Shown here: positions 29,410 through 39,546 of the stretch, piece by piece
How the letters are laid out: each line of letters opens with the position of its first letter
Position numbering within the stretch: position 1 is the stretch's first letter
From: an uncultured Actinomycetota bacterium
Lineage (GTDB): Bacteria > Actinomycetota > Humimicrobiia > Humimicrobiales > Humimicrobiaceae
Length of the DNA stretch: 64,000 bases
Assembly: GCA_964528815.1 (NCBI GenBank)
Contig: CAZGTW010000001.1
Location: 753 to 64,752 of the forward strand
Direction: 5' to 3'
Translations under genes and position numbers: made by a program
Notes under the pieces: generated by a model
Databases searched by the model: none
What the model was told of the DNA's origin: nothing
The model's input: only the letters and a program-made list of their open reading frames with translations

Positions 29410-30279
29410 TTACATAAAGTATTCAAGCAGAATGTCGGCTATAAGTTTTAACCCCTTACTTTCAGGATGAATGCCGTCCGGCTGTATGAGGGAACCGGCC
29501 CCTCCTTCATATTCTGCAAAAATCCCGGCTAAATCAATATATTTAAACCCGTAAGCTGACGCTGCATTTATAACCCTTTCATTATAGACATAATATATTT
29601 CTTTTTGTTTCCCGGTTATTTCAATATTATTTTCAGGGTTGAATCCTTCAGTAATAGGGGTTATGCCGAGAACAATCGTATTTATATTTAGGGATTTCAG
29701 CTTTCCGAGCATTTCAGTATATTTATTTTCAAAAACATCTACTGCAATTGCAGGTATAAAGACTTTTTTGCCGTCAGAATAGTATAAATCATCATCTGGA
29801 ATTGATGTATCACTGCTTTTATGGAGCATCCCGTCATTCAAACCAAAATTAATTATTACTGTATCAGGGTTATAACTTATAATATCTCTTTTGAGCCTTT
29901 TTATGCCGTCGATTACAGTGTTTCCACCGACTCCGCTGTTAATCACTTTTACATTTGTATATTTTTCCCTTAACTGTGCTTCCAGCTGTGCAGGGTACGA
30001 AAATTTATATTCAAGGTTCCATCCAAAAGTCACAGAATCACCGAAGCATGCAATTAAGGGCTCAAAACCTTCCAAATCAGCCGGTTTACAGCTTCGGGTC
30101 TCTATCCTGAGGCCAGGGTAGTTAAATGGAATTCCGGATGATAGATTAACAGCTTTTTTTGCAAGGCTGCTGCATGCGACTGATGTGGTTGCGGCTATGC
30201 AGAACAGGAGAATAAAGAAATAACCCAGGTAATTTTTTTTAATTGCCAAAGCGAGGTCAAATTTCTTGCTAATTAGCAT
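29410..30279 (-). CDS. SGNH/GDSL-family hydrolase, probable lipoprotein
   Basis: 289 aa. Signal peptide with a lipobox-like ATTSVACSS. Block I (CFGDSVTFGW), SGVGGNT, and block V DGIHP. Confidence 0.8.
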   Translation of the reverse strand: MLISKKFDLALAIKKNYLGYFFILLFCIAATTSVACSSLAKKAVNLSSGIPFNYPGLRIETRSCKPADLEGFEPLIACFGDSVTFGWNLEYKFSYPAQLEAQLREKYTNVKVINSGVGGNTVIDGIKRLKRDIISYNPDTVIINFGLNDGMLHKSSDTSIPDDDLYYSDGKKVFIPAIAVDVFENKYTEMLGKLKSLNINTIVLGITPITEGFNPENNIEITGKQKEIYYVYNERVINAASAYGFKYIDLAGIFAEYEGGAGSLIQPDGIHPESKGLKLIADILLEYFM

Positions 30280-30481
30280 TTTAAATGTTATTATACCTTC
30301 CGTTTTTTAATATCATTTTAAAAAGCCCGGGAATGTTCGGCCCCGGCTTTTTTATTGTTTGTTTGCAGTTTATATTATAATTTATATTTATAATAAACTA
30401 TGCAAAAATGATTGTCCATGTGAGGTAACCTGCATGGATTATCAGCATAAATAAAAATTTAACATTTTACAGGAGAATACT

Positions 30482-30673
30482 ATGTCAAATATATGCGCAA
30501 TTTGTGGAAAACACCCGGGAATGGGCAACAATGTCAGCCATTCAAACAGAAAGACCGCAAGGATATTCAAGCCTAATATTATCAGGACAAAAGTTGAATA
30601 TAACGGCAAGATACAGGACTTGAATATATGTACAAAGTGCCTGAAGTCCGGAAAAGTTAAGAAAGTAGTGTAA
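30482..30673 (+). CDS. rpmB: 50S ribosomal protein L28 (Zn-binding form)
   Basis: 63 aa; CAICGK...CTKC; SHSNRKT motif. Confidence 0.9.
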   Translation: MSNICAICGKHPGMGNNVSHSNRKTARIFKPNIIRTKVEYNGKIQDLNICTKCLKSGKVKKVV

Positions 30674-30677
30674 CTTT

Positions 30678-32138
30678 TCAGCCTGTTTTCCTTATCTTAC
30701 AAATAAATCCGCCTTCACTGTTAAAATAAAATGGCATTATTTCCAGCATGTAAGCATTTTTATTAAATAATGGTTCAAATTGCTGCTCCGCAAAAATTCC
30801 CATGATTTTTTCCATCGGTTCAGGGGCACATGAATTTTTATTGCTTTCCAGGAATCTATTGATTACATCCTGGTTTTCCCTTACTGACAATGTGCAGGTG
30901 TAAAAAACAAGTATTCCGCCTTTTTTCAAATACCTTAGGCAATTGGATAATATCTTTAATGTTATGGCTGATAATTTCCTGATATCCGCATATTGCCTTA
31001 TATATTTAATGTCAGGATTTTTAGCAATTGTCCCAAGCGCGCTGCAGGGAGCATCAATAAATATTTTATCAAAATACCCATAATAATATTCTGAAGGCTT
31101 CCGGTCGTAACACAGGAAATCATCTTCAGAAGCATCAGCTTCTACAGGATTTATATTCCGGAGGCCCAGCCTTTCAATATTTTTTTTAAAGATGCCCAAT
31201 CGTTCATGGCTTATATCGACAGAGCAGATTTCTGAATCACACCCGGTTATCTCTGAGCAGTAAAGAGCTTTTCCACCGGGAGCTCCGCAGATATCAAGTA
31301 TCCTGTCGCCTTTACAAGGCTCAAACACATACTTTACAGCTATCTGCGATGAAAGATCCTGTATGGAAAAAAAACCTTCATTAAAACCAGGCATTTTTTC
31401 GATATCCTGTGAACTGTCAAGCAGCAAAGTGTCAGAAAGAAAATCTCCCGGTATAACATTTAAGGACAAAGTTTTAATGCCATTTCCATTGAAAATCTCC
31501 TCCAGCTCCTTTTTTGTGATTTTTACCCTGTTAACTCTTGCAAAAATACATGGTTCCCTGTTGAGGTAGTCACATAGCTTCTCAATGGTACCGCCGCTGT
31601 AATATTTTCCCCATTCTTTTAAAATCCAGGCTGGAAAAGAATGCAGGACACTTAGCTTGTTTTGGCAGGATAATTTGCTGTTTTTTATTTTGTCTTTTAT
31701 AAAACCGGAAATATCACTGACTTTTGTTGCCTTTCTCAGTACTGCATTGACAAACTTTGAAGGCCTGAGCCCGGAAATTTCTTTTGCAAGATTTACGCTT
31801 TCATTTACTGCAGCATATGACGGGACTCTGTCAAGAAAGATTAGCTGGTAGAAAGCTATCCGCAGGATATTAAGTACGGAGTTTTCTATTCTGTTAATTT
31901 TTAAATTGCTGAATAATTCTATTGCAAAATCAATTGTGTAGATAAACCTTATTGTTCCCTTTGATATCTGGTATACAAACCTTCTGTCAGGATTACTCAG
32001 CCCTGATTTTTCAAGTATCTCTGATGAAATACGGATAAAATTCCGGGGTCTTGATAAAAATTTTGCTGTAATCAGGAAAGCATAGTGCCTCGGGTCAGGA
32101 TATATTGAAATATTTTTAACTTCATTCAAAAAGTTCAC
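30678..32138 (-). CDS. rsmB: 16S rRNA (cytosine967-C5)-methyltransferase RsmB/Sun with NusB-like N-domain
   Basis: 486 aa; DICGAPGGKA SAM motif and catalytic Cys motifs (DAPCSALG, PC/TC). Confidence 0.9.
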   Translation of the reverse strand: MNFLNEVKNISIYPDPRHYAFLITAKFLSRPRNFIRISSEILEKSGLSNPDRRFVYQISKGTIRFIYTIDFAIELFSNLKINRIENSVLNILRIAFYQLIFLDRVPSYAAVNESVNLAKEISGLRPSKFVNAVLRKATKVSDISGFIKDKIKNSKLSCQNKLSVLHSFPAWILKEWGKYYSGGTIEKLCDYLNREPCIFARVNRVKITKKELEEIFNGNGIKTLSLNVIPGDFLSDTLLLDSSQDIEKMPGFNEGFFSIQDLSSQIAVKYVFEPCKGDRILDICGAPGGKALYCSEITGCDSEICSVDISHERLGIFKKNIERLGLRNINPVEADASEDDFLCYDRKPSEYYYGYFDKIFIDAPCSALGTIAKNPDIKYIRQYADIRKLSAITLKILSNCLRYLKKGGILVFYTCTLSVRENQDVINRFLESNKNSCAPEPMEKIMGIFAEQQFEPLFNKNAYMLEIMPFYFNSEGGFICKIRKTG

Positions 32139-33099
32139 CGGGTTTTATCCTGTAACCATTGATAAAATCAGCGTATACCATGCTGTTTTTACCTTCCGGT
32201 TTCAGTTCTGTTATCTGCAGCATACTGTTTCTGCAATATGCTTTCAAAACCTGTGTTTCCATGCATTTGATTATCAGGCCGTTGCTGTCTGCCTGCAATA
32301 CCTGACCGCATTTTGCATTTCTGCAGGATTTTAAAAGGTTTTTATTTGCTGCAGGGATTTTTGCTGCAAGTATTTTTATTATTTTACCGTTCCAGGTTGT
32401 AAAACTCCCGGGCTCACTTGAAAAGGCTCTTATTTTGTTTAAAATTTGCCTGGATTTTAGTGACCAGTCTATCCTGAAATCACTTTTTGAAAAAATCCTG
32501 GTGTAGGATGTGCCATATCTGCTTTGGGGAACTGTTTTCATATCGTGCTTTTCAAGTATATCCAGCAGGGACACCAGCGTCGGGGCCGATATTTTGATTA
32601 TTTTTTCTTCAAGTGCATCCTTATTATCATCAGGAGATATTGAAAACTTAATTACCATATAAATATCGCCTGTATCAAATTTTTTTTTGATTTTTGTAAA
32701 AGTTATACCTGTTGAGGTTTCCCCGTTCATTATTGCTGTTGAAACAGGCGACGGCCCCCTGTACTTCGGGAGCAGCGACGGATGGACATTTATAGTTCTT
32801 TCGCCGGCAATTTCAAGTATATTATCAGGAATTATTTTGCCGAACGAGACAACCACAAGGTAATCAAACCTGGTGCCAGATATCGCATCATTTACATCCT
32901 TATCGAATCCGGCAGATTCAATATAATCCAGTCCCAATTCTAAAGAAAGCTCTTTTACAGGATTCGGAAGTAATTTTTTGCCTCGTCCCTGCCTCATCTC
33001 AGGTTTTGTAAGCACTAAAACAATTTCATGTCCCGATTTGCTGATTTCTCTTAAGAATGGTAACGAAAACTCTGAAGAACCAAAGAATAAGATTTTCAC
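32122..33099 (-). CDS. fmt: methionyl-tRNA formyltransferase
   Basis: 325 aa; INVHPSLLPKYRG. Confidence 0.92.
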   Translation of the reverse strand: MKILFFGSSEFSLPFLREISKSGHEIVLVLTKPEMRQGRGKKLLPNPVKELSLELGLDYIESAGFDKDVNDAISGTRFDYLVVVSFGKIIPDNILEIAGERTINVHPSLLPKYRGPSPVSTAIMNGETSTGITFTKIKKKFDTGDIYMVIKFSISPDDNKDALEEKIIKISAPTLVSLLDILEKHDMKTVPQSRYGTSYTRIFSKSDFRIDWSLKSRQILNKIRAFSSEPGSFTTWNGKIIKILAAKIPAANKNLLKSCRNAKCGQVLQADSNGLIIKCMETQVLKAYCRNSMLQITELKPEGKNSMVYADFINGYRIKPGELFE

Positions 33100-33593
33100 A
33101 AATATGAGTCCCTGTTAATCTTTGATAAAAACTCTTTCCTGTTTTCAGGGCTTAAATGATCTATAAACAGGGTGCCGTTTAAATGATCCACCTCATGCAT
33201 GAAAACCCTTGCTGCTATCCCTTCAGCTTCAAGTGTGACTTCCCTGTTTTTTAAATCCCTTGCTTTAAAAAGTATTTTTTTTGGCCTTTTTACTTCGGTT
33301 TTCAGAGAGTAAATAGACAGGCAGCCTTCTGATTCTGATTCTGTTGAATTATCGATAATCTCTATTTCAGGATTAATATATGTTTCAAATTTATCACCCA
33401 TATTTACCACTATTACCCTCTTTAGCACTCCTATCTGAGGAGCAGCTAGCCCTATGCCTGATACTTTTTCATCAGAAACAGTGTCTATCATATCCTCAAC
33501 AAGGTTAAGTATGGAATGGTCAATGTTCTCCACATTCCTGCTTTTTTCCCTCAATACCGGGTCGCCTATTTTCCTGATTTTTTTTACAGCCAT
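33096..33593 (-). CDS. def: peptide deformylase
   Basis: 165 aa; GIGLAAPQIG, EGCLS and HEVDHLNG motifs. Confidence 0.93.
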   Translation of the reverse strand: MAVKKIRKIGDPVLREKSRNVENIDHSILNLVEDMIDTVSDEKVSGIGLAAPQIGVLKRVIVVNMGDKFETYINPEIEIIDNSTESESEGCLSIYSLKTEVKRPKKILFKARDLKNREVTLEAEGIAARVFMHEVDHLNGTLFIDHLSPENRKEFLSKINRDSYL

Positions 33594-33710
33594 TTTATGA
33601 ATCCTGCAAAACCATATAATATCTGATAATATAATTATAAAAATTTTAAATCATTTTATTTCTATTATTATATTAGAATAATGATTTTTTTTTAACAGTA
33701 AATAAATTCA

Positions 33711-35726
33711 TTACAATATCCAGACAGGATCTACATCCACAATAAGCTTACTGTCTTTATCCCTGTTGAAACCAGAAAGGATTTTACCAAGCATTATATT
33801 AAATTGCATTATTTTTTTTGTTTTTACAAGAATGTGCTGCCTGTAGAAGTCGTTTATTTTATAAAAAGGCGCAGGTGCCGGGCCAAGTAAAATATATTCA
33901 TTTTTTTTCAAATCCACCAGGATATTATAAAGGTTGTTTATATCCCGTTTTATCTTTTGCTCATTTTTACCGGATAAAATAATGTTTACCAGGTTTGTAA
34001 ACGGAGGATATGAAAGTTCTTTCCTGATTGCAATTTCTTTATTGTAAAAATCCATCTGGTCCCCGGAAACAAAGCTTTTCAGTATAAAATTGTCCGGATT
34101 ATAGGCCTGTATTACAATGCTGTTTTTTTCTGATGATTCATCAAGTAAGGCTCCAAGCTCTGTAAGAGACTGGAAAGCTTTATCATTAATACTGTAATCC
34201 GGAAGGTATGTAAGGCTCTCAAATTCTATCACAGCAGCAAGGGTAATATTTCTGATTCCAAGTTCTTTTAAAACCATCTGTGTCCCGATTATTATTGCCG
34301 GGCCAGGTTTTTTTAATTCATCAAGTACTTTTTCTATTTCCAGCCTCTTCTTAAATGTATCAGAATCTATGCGCAGGATATTATTCAGCTTAAACCTCTG
34401 GTTTAATTTTTCTTCAATTTTTTCTATTCCTTCACCCCGCGCTAAAATATCGTCGCTTCCGCATTCTGGACATCTGCCAGTAAAATCAATTGTGACTGCA
34501 CAATGATGGCAGACAAGCTTTTTTGACTTTTTGTGATATCTGTATGCCGAATTGCATGAATGGCACCTGGGGATATTGCCGCATTTTTTACAGACAATAA
34601 AGCTGCTGTGGCCCCTTTTATTATAATAAACAATTGCCTTATTGTTTTTATCCAGTTCATTTTTTATGGATACAAATAGCTGGTTGCTTATCTGCATATC
34701 CTCTTTTAAAGGGTCTATTTTTTTCAGATCTATTATTGTTTTACTGTAAAGATTTTTTTCATCTTCACAGTTTATTATTTTAAAATCCGGAGTGCCGGAA
34801 AAACGGTATTGCATTTCAACAGGAGGCACTATAGAAAAAAATATGCATGGTATTTTAAAAATGCGCGCGATTTTTAATGCTACATCCCGGGCATTATACC
34901 TTGCAAGCGTACTCTCTTTATAGGAGGGGTCATGTGCGTCATCAACAATAATAACTCCCGGATTTTTGAAAGGCAGGAAAAGCGATGAGCGTGAACCAAG
35001 GATTATATCATGAAATCCATTGAATATATCTGTCCAGTTTCTTATCCTTTCTTTTTCTGTCATTTCATAATCATTGATGCAAATGCTCAGGCTATTGCCG
35101 GGAAAAAGACTTTCACTTATCCTGTAAGCTCCTGAGAGTTCCGGTGTGATTATTACAGCTTTTTTCCCTGCATTCAGAGCAGGACTGCAGATGGCACGGA
35201 TGTATGATATTTTTTCCTTTTTGCCGTATCCGGTAAAAAGATAAGAAGCAAAATTTTTCCTGTTTATGATATCGCCGATTTCTAAAATAAAATTAGAATC
35301 ATAAATTGTATCGTCTGGGCTGACAGGACTATATTTGCTTATGAATTGTTTTTCAGAAAAATTTATGTTTCCAAGGGCCTTCAGGACCCTTGCCATATTG
35401 CCGGGCGGAAGAAAAAAAGCTGCAATCTTACTGAAAGGCTGGATATAATACGCGCTCATCCATAAAATCGTCTGCAGCCTTTTCCTGTCAAAAACGGGTA
35501 CGCTGGATAAAAGTTCTTCTATTTCCTTTATATTGCTGGCATCAAGTTTTGAGGTTTTTTTCAGCCTTAGAACATATCCTGTTTCTGCCCTTCTACCGAA
35601 AGGAACTTTTACGATACTGCCGGGGTAAATAGATTTTTTTATCTCATCGGGCACACTGTAATCAAAAGGATGAGAAATATCCAGGGTTTTTATATCTACG
35701 TAGACTTCTGCAAATTCCATTATCAA
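33711..35726 (-). CDS. priA: primosomal protein N' (PriA) homologue with degenerate helicase ATP-binding motifs
   Basis: 671 aa. PriA-specific Cys4-Cys4 zinc module (CKKCG...CHSC...CHHC...CPECG) and C-terminal motifs (IIIGTQMV) are present. At the Walker A position the sequence is LFTGYGKKEKI rather than GxTGSGKT. At Walker B it is IIVDDAHD rather than DEEH. Confidence 0.85.
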   Translation of the reverse strand: MIMEFAEVYVDIKTLDISHPFDYSVPDEIKKSIYPGSIVKVPFGRRAETGYVLRLKKTSKLDASNIKEIEELLSSVPVFDRKRLQTILWMSAYYIQPFSKIAAFFLPPGNMARVLKALGNINFSEKQFISKYSPVSPDDTIYDSNFILEIGDIINRKNFASYLFTGYGKKEKISYIRAICSPALNAGKKAVIITPELSGAYRISESLFPGNSLSICINDYEMTEKERIRNWTDIFNGFHDIILGSRSSLFLPFKNPGVIIVDDAHDPSYKESTLARYNARDVALKIARIFKIPCIFFSIVPPVEMQYRFSGTPDFKIINCEDEKNLYSKTIIDLKKIDPLKEDMQISNQLFVSIKNELDKNNKAIVYYNKRGHSSFIVCKKCGNIPRCHSCNSAYRYHKKSKKLVCHHCAVTIDFTGRCPECGSDDILARGEGIEKIEEKLNQRFKLNNILRIDSDTFKKRLEIEKVLDELKKPGPAIIIGTQMVLKELGIRNITLAAVIEFESLTYLPDYSINDKAFQSLTELGALLDESSEKNSIVIQAYNPDNFILKSFVSGDQMDFYNKEIAIRKELSYPPFTNLVNIILSGKNEQKIKRDINNLYNILVDLKKNEYILLGPAPAPFYKINDFYRQHILVKTKKIMQFNIMLGKILSGFNRDKDSKLIVDVDPVWIL

Positions 35727-35774
35727 ATGTTATTGATATTGATTTTACCCCGGATAATCCATAAAGATAAAGAT

Positions 35775-36977
35775 TTAAATCCCGAGGTAACTTTTTATCT
35801 CATTAACCTTATCGGTGCGTTCCCAGGTGAAATCCCTGTCATGCCTTCCAAAATGTCCATATGATGCAGTTTTTCTGTATATGGGCCTGATAAGATCAAG
35901 GTCCCGGATAATTGCTCCCGGCCTCATATCAAAGATTTCTCTTACTGCTGTATCTATCTTTGCTTTATCGGCTTTCTCTGTGCCAAATGTATCCACCATT
36001 ATTGAAACCGGGTGGGCCACACCTATAGCATAAGCAACTTCTATCTCGACCTTGCCTGCAGCACCCGCAGCTACCAGGTTTTTAGCTACGTAGCGGGAAG
36101 CATAGCATGCTGACCTGTCAACTTTTGAAGGGTCTTTTCCTGAAAAACAACCCCCTCCGTGCCTTGCATATCCGCCGTATGTATCTACAATTATTTTCCT
36201 GCCGGTCAGTCCCGTGTCACCCATTGGACCGCCTATTGTAAATTCTCCTGTAGGGTTAACATATAATTTTAATTTCTTTGATATATATTCTTCAGGTATT
36301 ATCGGTTTAATGACAAATTCTTTGATGTCAGGAGCAATCTGGGTATCTATATCTATCATCGGGGCATGCTGGCATGAAACGACAATAGTATCTACTGAAA
36401 CAGGCTTACCATCTTCATATGAGACAGTAACCTGGGTTTTTCCATCAGGCCTCAGGTAAGGCAGTATACCTGCTTTACGTACCTCTGCAAGTCTGTGCGC
36501 AAGCTGGTGCGCAAGTTGTATAGGAAGAGGCATAAGTTCAGGAGTCTCGTCGCAGGCGAAACCGAACATCATTCCCTGGTCTCCTGCGCCCCACTGGTCT
36601 ATCTCATCTTCATATCCATTTCCTTCTCTTGATTCAAATGATTTATTTACTCCCTGGGCGATATTTGGAGATTGTTTGCCAATTGAAGTCATAACTCCGC
36701 AGGTCTCAAAATCAAAACCGTATTTTGCCCTTGTGTAACCTATATTTTTTATAACATCCCTTACAATATCAGGGATTTCCACATAAGTATTTGCTGTTAT
36801 CTCCCCTGCCACAACAACAATCCCGGTTTTTAAAAGAGTTTCAACTGCCACTCTTGCTTTTTTGTCTTCCGATATTATTGCATCAAGGACCGCATCAGAG
36901 ATCTGGTCAGCCATTTTATCAGGATGCCCTTCTGTCACTGATTCTGATGTAAAAACATAGTTACCTTTTCTGCTCAT
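35775..36977 (-). CDS. metK: S-adenosylmethionine synthetase
   Basis: 400 aa; [17 protein letters not shown] and GGGCFSGKD motifs. Confidence 0.95.
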   Translation of the reverse strand: MSRKGNYVFTSESVTEGHPDKMADQISDAVLDAIISEDKKARVAVETLLKTGIVVVAGEITANTYVEIPDIVRDVIKNIGYTRAKYGFDFETCGVMTSIGKQSPNIAQGVNKSFESREGNGYEDEIDQWGAGDQGMMFGFACDETPELMPLPIQLAHQLAHRLAEVRKAGILPYLRPDGKTQVTVSYEDGKPVSVDTIVVSCQHAPMIDIDTQIAPDIKEFVIKPIIPEEYISKKLKLYVNPTGEFTIGGPMGDTGLTGRKIIVDTYGGYARHGGGCFSGKDPSKVDRSACYASRYVAKNLVAAGAAGKVEIEVAYAIGVAHPVSIMVDTFGTEKADKAKIDTAVREIFDMRPGAIIRDLDLIRPIYRKTASYGHFGRHDRDFTWERTDKVNEIKSYLGI

Positions 36978-36988
36978 TTACTTCCTCC

Positions 36989-38221
36989 TTAGAAGTTACC
37001 TAAATCATTTAAACTTTTTATTATCTCATCCCAGATACGGCCTGCTATTTTTCTTTTCGTATCCCTTTCTATTTTGACGACTCCGCCATCCTTTTTGATA
37101 ACAGATACTTCATTAAAATCACTACCGAACCCGATATCTTTACGGGAAATGTTGTTCATTATTATCATATCAATATTCCTGCCCTGTATCTTGCTGTAAG
37201 CGTCTTCAATATTGTCGCTGCTTTCTGCAGCAAAACCTGCAAGATACTGGCCCTTTCTGCGGCTTTCAGAAAGCAACTGGAGTATATTTATATTTTCCCT
37301 GAATTTTAATTTTGATATTATATCATCATTCTTTTTTAACTTATAATCATATTTCTTTTCAGGGACGATATCTGAAACAGCAGCTGCCATAATTGCAATA
37401 TCGCTATTTTTAAATGCGTCAAGCATTGCTTTTTTCATTTCTTCTGTATCCCTGACAGCTATGAATTTAACGCCATAAGGCGCGCCTGTGCCTTTTGCGC
37501 CTGAAACAAGTTTTACCTCTGCACCCCTGAAATATGCCTCTTCTGCCAGGGCAAAACCCATTTTTCCGCTTGATTCGTTTGATATATAGCGCACACTATC
37601 GATAAACTCCACAGTCCCTCCTGCAGAAACAACTACTTTTTTGCCTGCAAGACAGTTTTTTAATTTTATGAGCTCCCCCAGCCTGGATATTATGGCTTCA
37701 TCATTTGCAAGTTTTCCTTTACCTTCCTCACCGCAGGCGAGCCTTCCGCTTTCAGGCTTTATAAAAAAATACCTTCCCATACAGGACAGTTTTTTTATGT
37801 TTTCCTGTATAAGGCTGTTTAAATACATTGACTCATTCATTGCCGGGGCGATAAGCACCGGGCAGCTGGAAGATACGACAGCAGTTGTGAGAAAATTGTC
37901 ACATATGCCGCATGCAATTTTTGAAATTGTGTTTGCAGTTGCAGGAGCTATCAGTATGGCATCAACGCTGTGAGAAAGAGATATATGGTATAATTTATCT
38001 TCATTTTCAAATTGTTCATAAATAGCTTTTTTGCCGCTTAATGCAGAAAAAGTCACAGGATTTATAAAATGCAGCGCGTTCGGGCTGAGCACCGGAAAGA
38101 CTTCGGCACCTTCTTTTAAAAGCCTGCTGCATATTCCTGCAGCTTTATAAGCTGCAATAGAGCCTGTGACACATATCATTATTTTTTTATCTTTAAATGG
38201 TAAAACAGCCTTTATGTCCAT
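36989..38221 (-). CDS. coaBC: bifunctional phosphopantothenoylcysteine decarboxylase / phosphopantothenate-cysteine ligase
   Basis: 410 aa; N-terminal flavoprotein domain (ICVTGSIAAYKA) plus C-terminal CoaB domain. Confidence 0.92.
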   Translation of the reverse strand: MDIKAVLPFKDKKIMICVTGSIAAYKAAGICSRLLKEGAEVFPVLSPNALHFINPVTFSALSGKKAIYEQFENEDKLYHISLSHSVDAILIAPATANTISKIACGICDNFLTTAVVSSSCPVLIAPAMNESMYLNSLIQENIKKLSCMGRYFFIKPESGRLACGEEGKGKLANDEAIISRLGELIKLKNCLAGKKVVVSAGGTVEFIDSVRYISNESSGKMGFALAEEAYFRGAEVKLVSGAKGTGAPYGVKFIAVRDTEEMKKAMLDAFKNSDIAIMAAAVSDIVPEKKYDYKLKKNDDIISKLKFRENINILQLLSESRRKGQYLAGFAAESSDNIEDAYSKIQGRNIDMIIMNNISRKDIGFGSDFNEVSVIKKDGGVVKIERDTKRKIAGRIWDEIIKSLNDLGNF

Positions 38222-38282
38222 AGTTAAACCCCGGAATAAAAAAATATGTATGAATGAAGTAATACAGGATTTTTAATCCTGT

Positions 38283-38525
38283 TTATTTAATGCCGTCTTT
38301 TACCCTTACAAAACTGACCTTGTTTTCCAGCAGTTCCTGCATTGCTATTTCAAGCGGGTCATCACTTTCGGTTTCTGTAAGCGGTGCTATTACATTGACC
38401 CTTTCCATATTTTTTTTTGCAGATAAATACACTCCAAGCTCCCTTGCCCTTTTTGCAAGTGCAATGCAAAGTGAATATTTACTGTCTACAATTTTTAAAA
38501 GGTCGTCTGTATTATGAATATCCAT
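38283..38525 (-). CDS. rpoZ: DNA-directed RNA polymerase subunit omega
   Basis: 80 aa; YSLCIALAKRAREL; conserved gmk-rpoZ adjacency. Confidence 0.8.
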   Translation of the reverse strand: MDIHNTDDLLKIVDSKYSLCIALAKRARELGVYLSAKKNMERVNVIAPLTETESDDPLEIAMQELLENKVSFVRVKDGIK

Positions 38526-38529
38526 TAAA

Positions 38530-39126
38530 TTAACACTCCTTCAGTGTATTTAAAACATGTTTTAAATTTTGCAAAGCTTCATTATAATCATTATTGACAA
38601 TAATGCAATCATAAAGATGCTGGTATTTAAGTTCCTCTACTGCAGCTCTCAATCTCTTTTCGATATCAGTAAGGTGCTCCGTGTTTCTTTTTTTCAGCCT
38701 GTTTTCAAGCTGTTTTACATTGGAAGGGACTATAAATATCATAAAAACATCTTTTACTTTTTCCCTGACCTGAATTGCGCCCTGGACTTCGATTTCAAGT
38801 ATGACATTTAAGCCAGCCTTCATTTTTTCAGCTACGAAAGCCATTGGCGTGCCATACTGGAAATCACAATAAGTGGCGCTTTCAAGAAGGCATTGCTCAT
38901 CAACCAGTTTCTCAAATTCTTTTCTTGATATAAAATTATATTTAATTCCCTCTTTTTCGTTTCTCCTTCTGGGCCTGGTAGTTACAGATACAGATTTTAT
39001 ATAACCTTCCATGCCCTCAAGAGCATCTTCTATAAGGGTGCTTTTTCCTGCTCCTGAAGGACCCGAAATAATTACAAGCCTGCCTTTGCACTTATTGCCT
39101 TTAACATTTTCTGACATTTTTATCAT
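38530..39126 (-). CDS. gmk: guanylate kinase
   Basis: 198 aa; GPSGAGKSTL P-loop and the guanylate-binding region. Confidence 0.93.
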   Translation of the reverse strand: MIKMSENVKGNKCKGRLVIISGPSGAGKSTLIEDALEGMEGYIKSVSVTTRPRRRNEKEGIKYNFISRKEFEKLVDEQCLLESATYCDFQYGTPMAFVAEKMKAGLNVILEIEVQGAIQVREKVKDVFMIFIVPSNVKQLENRLKKRNTEHLTDIEKRLRAAVEELKYQHLYDCIIVNNDYNEALQNLKHVLNTLKEC

Positions 39127-39194
39127 ATACTATCTAACAAAACCGTATAAATTCATAATTTATATAAACTGTTTTTAAAATTTATGATTAGAAT

Positions 39195-39512
39195 TTACGG
39201 GCTCTTTATATTGAAATACCCGAAAAAATCTTCTGACTGTTTTTTGCCCAAACCTTTCAGTTTTTTGCAATGGCTTATTTTAAGTTTTGCAAGAAGTTTT
39301 TCCGCACTTACCGGGCCGAAACCGGGAATGGCACAGACAAATTCGTATACCTTCATATTTGCAAAATATTTCATATAATCACTGCCCATAGAAAAAACTT
39401 CATCTAATGTCATGCTGCCGTTTTTAATTTTGTGTTTGAGCTCTGACCTGCGGTTCCTTACGGACCTTGCATTCTCTATATCTGAATGCAGAATATTTGC
39501 GGACCCTTTCAT
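39195..39512 (-). CDS. mIHF/sIHF-like helix-hairpin-helix DNA-binding protein (actinobacterial-type integration host factor family)
   Basis: 105 aa. Pattern RRSELKHKIKNGSMTLDEVFS ... KVYEFVCAIPGFGPVSAEKLLAKL...LKGLGKKQ matches the architecture of mIHF (basic helix followed by an HhH); position immediately upstream of gmk-rpoZ matches mihF placement. Confidence 0.6.
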   Translation of the reverse strand: MKGSANILHSDIENARSVRNRRSELKHKIKNGSMTLDEVFSMGSDYMKYFANMKVYEFVCAIPGFGPVSAEKLLAKLKISHCKKLKGLGKKQSEDFFGYFNIKSP

Positions 39513-39546
39513 AAGAAATACCTTTACTTTTTTTAAAACACAGTGC

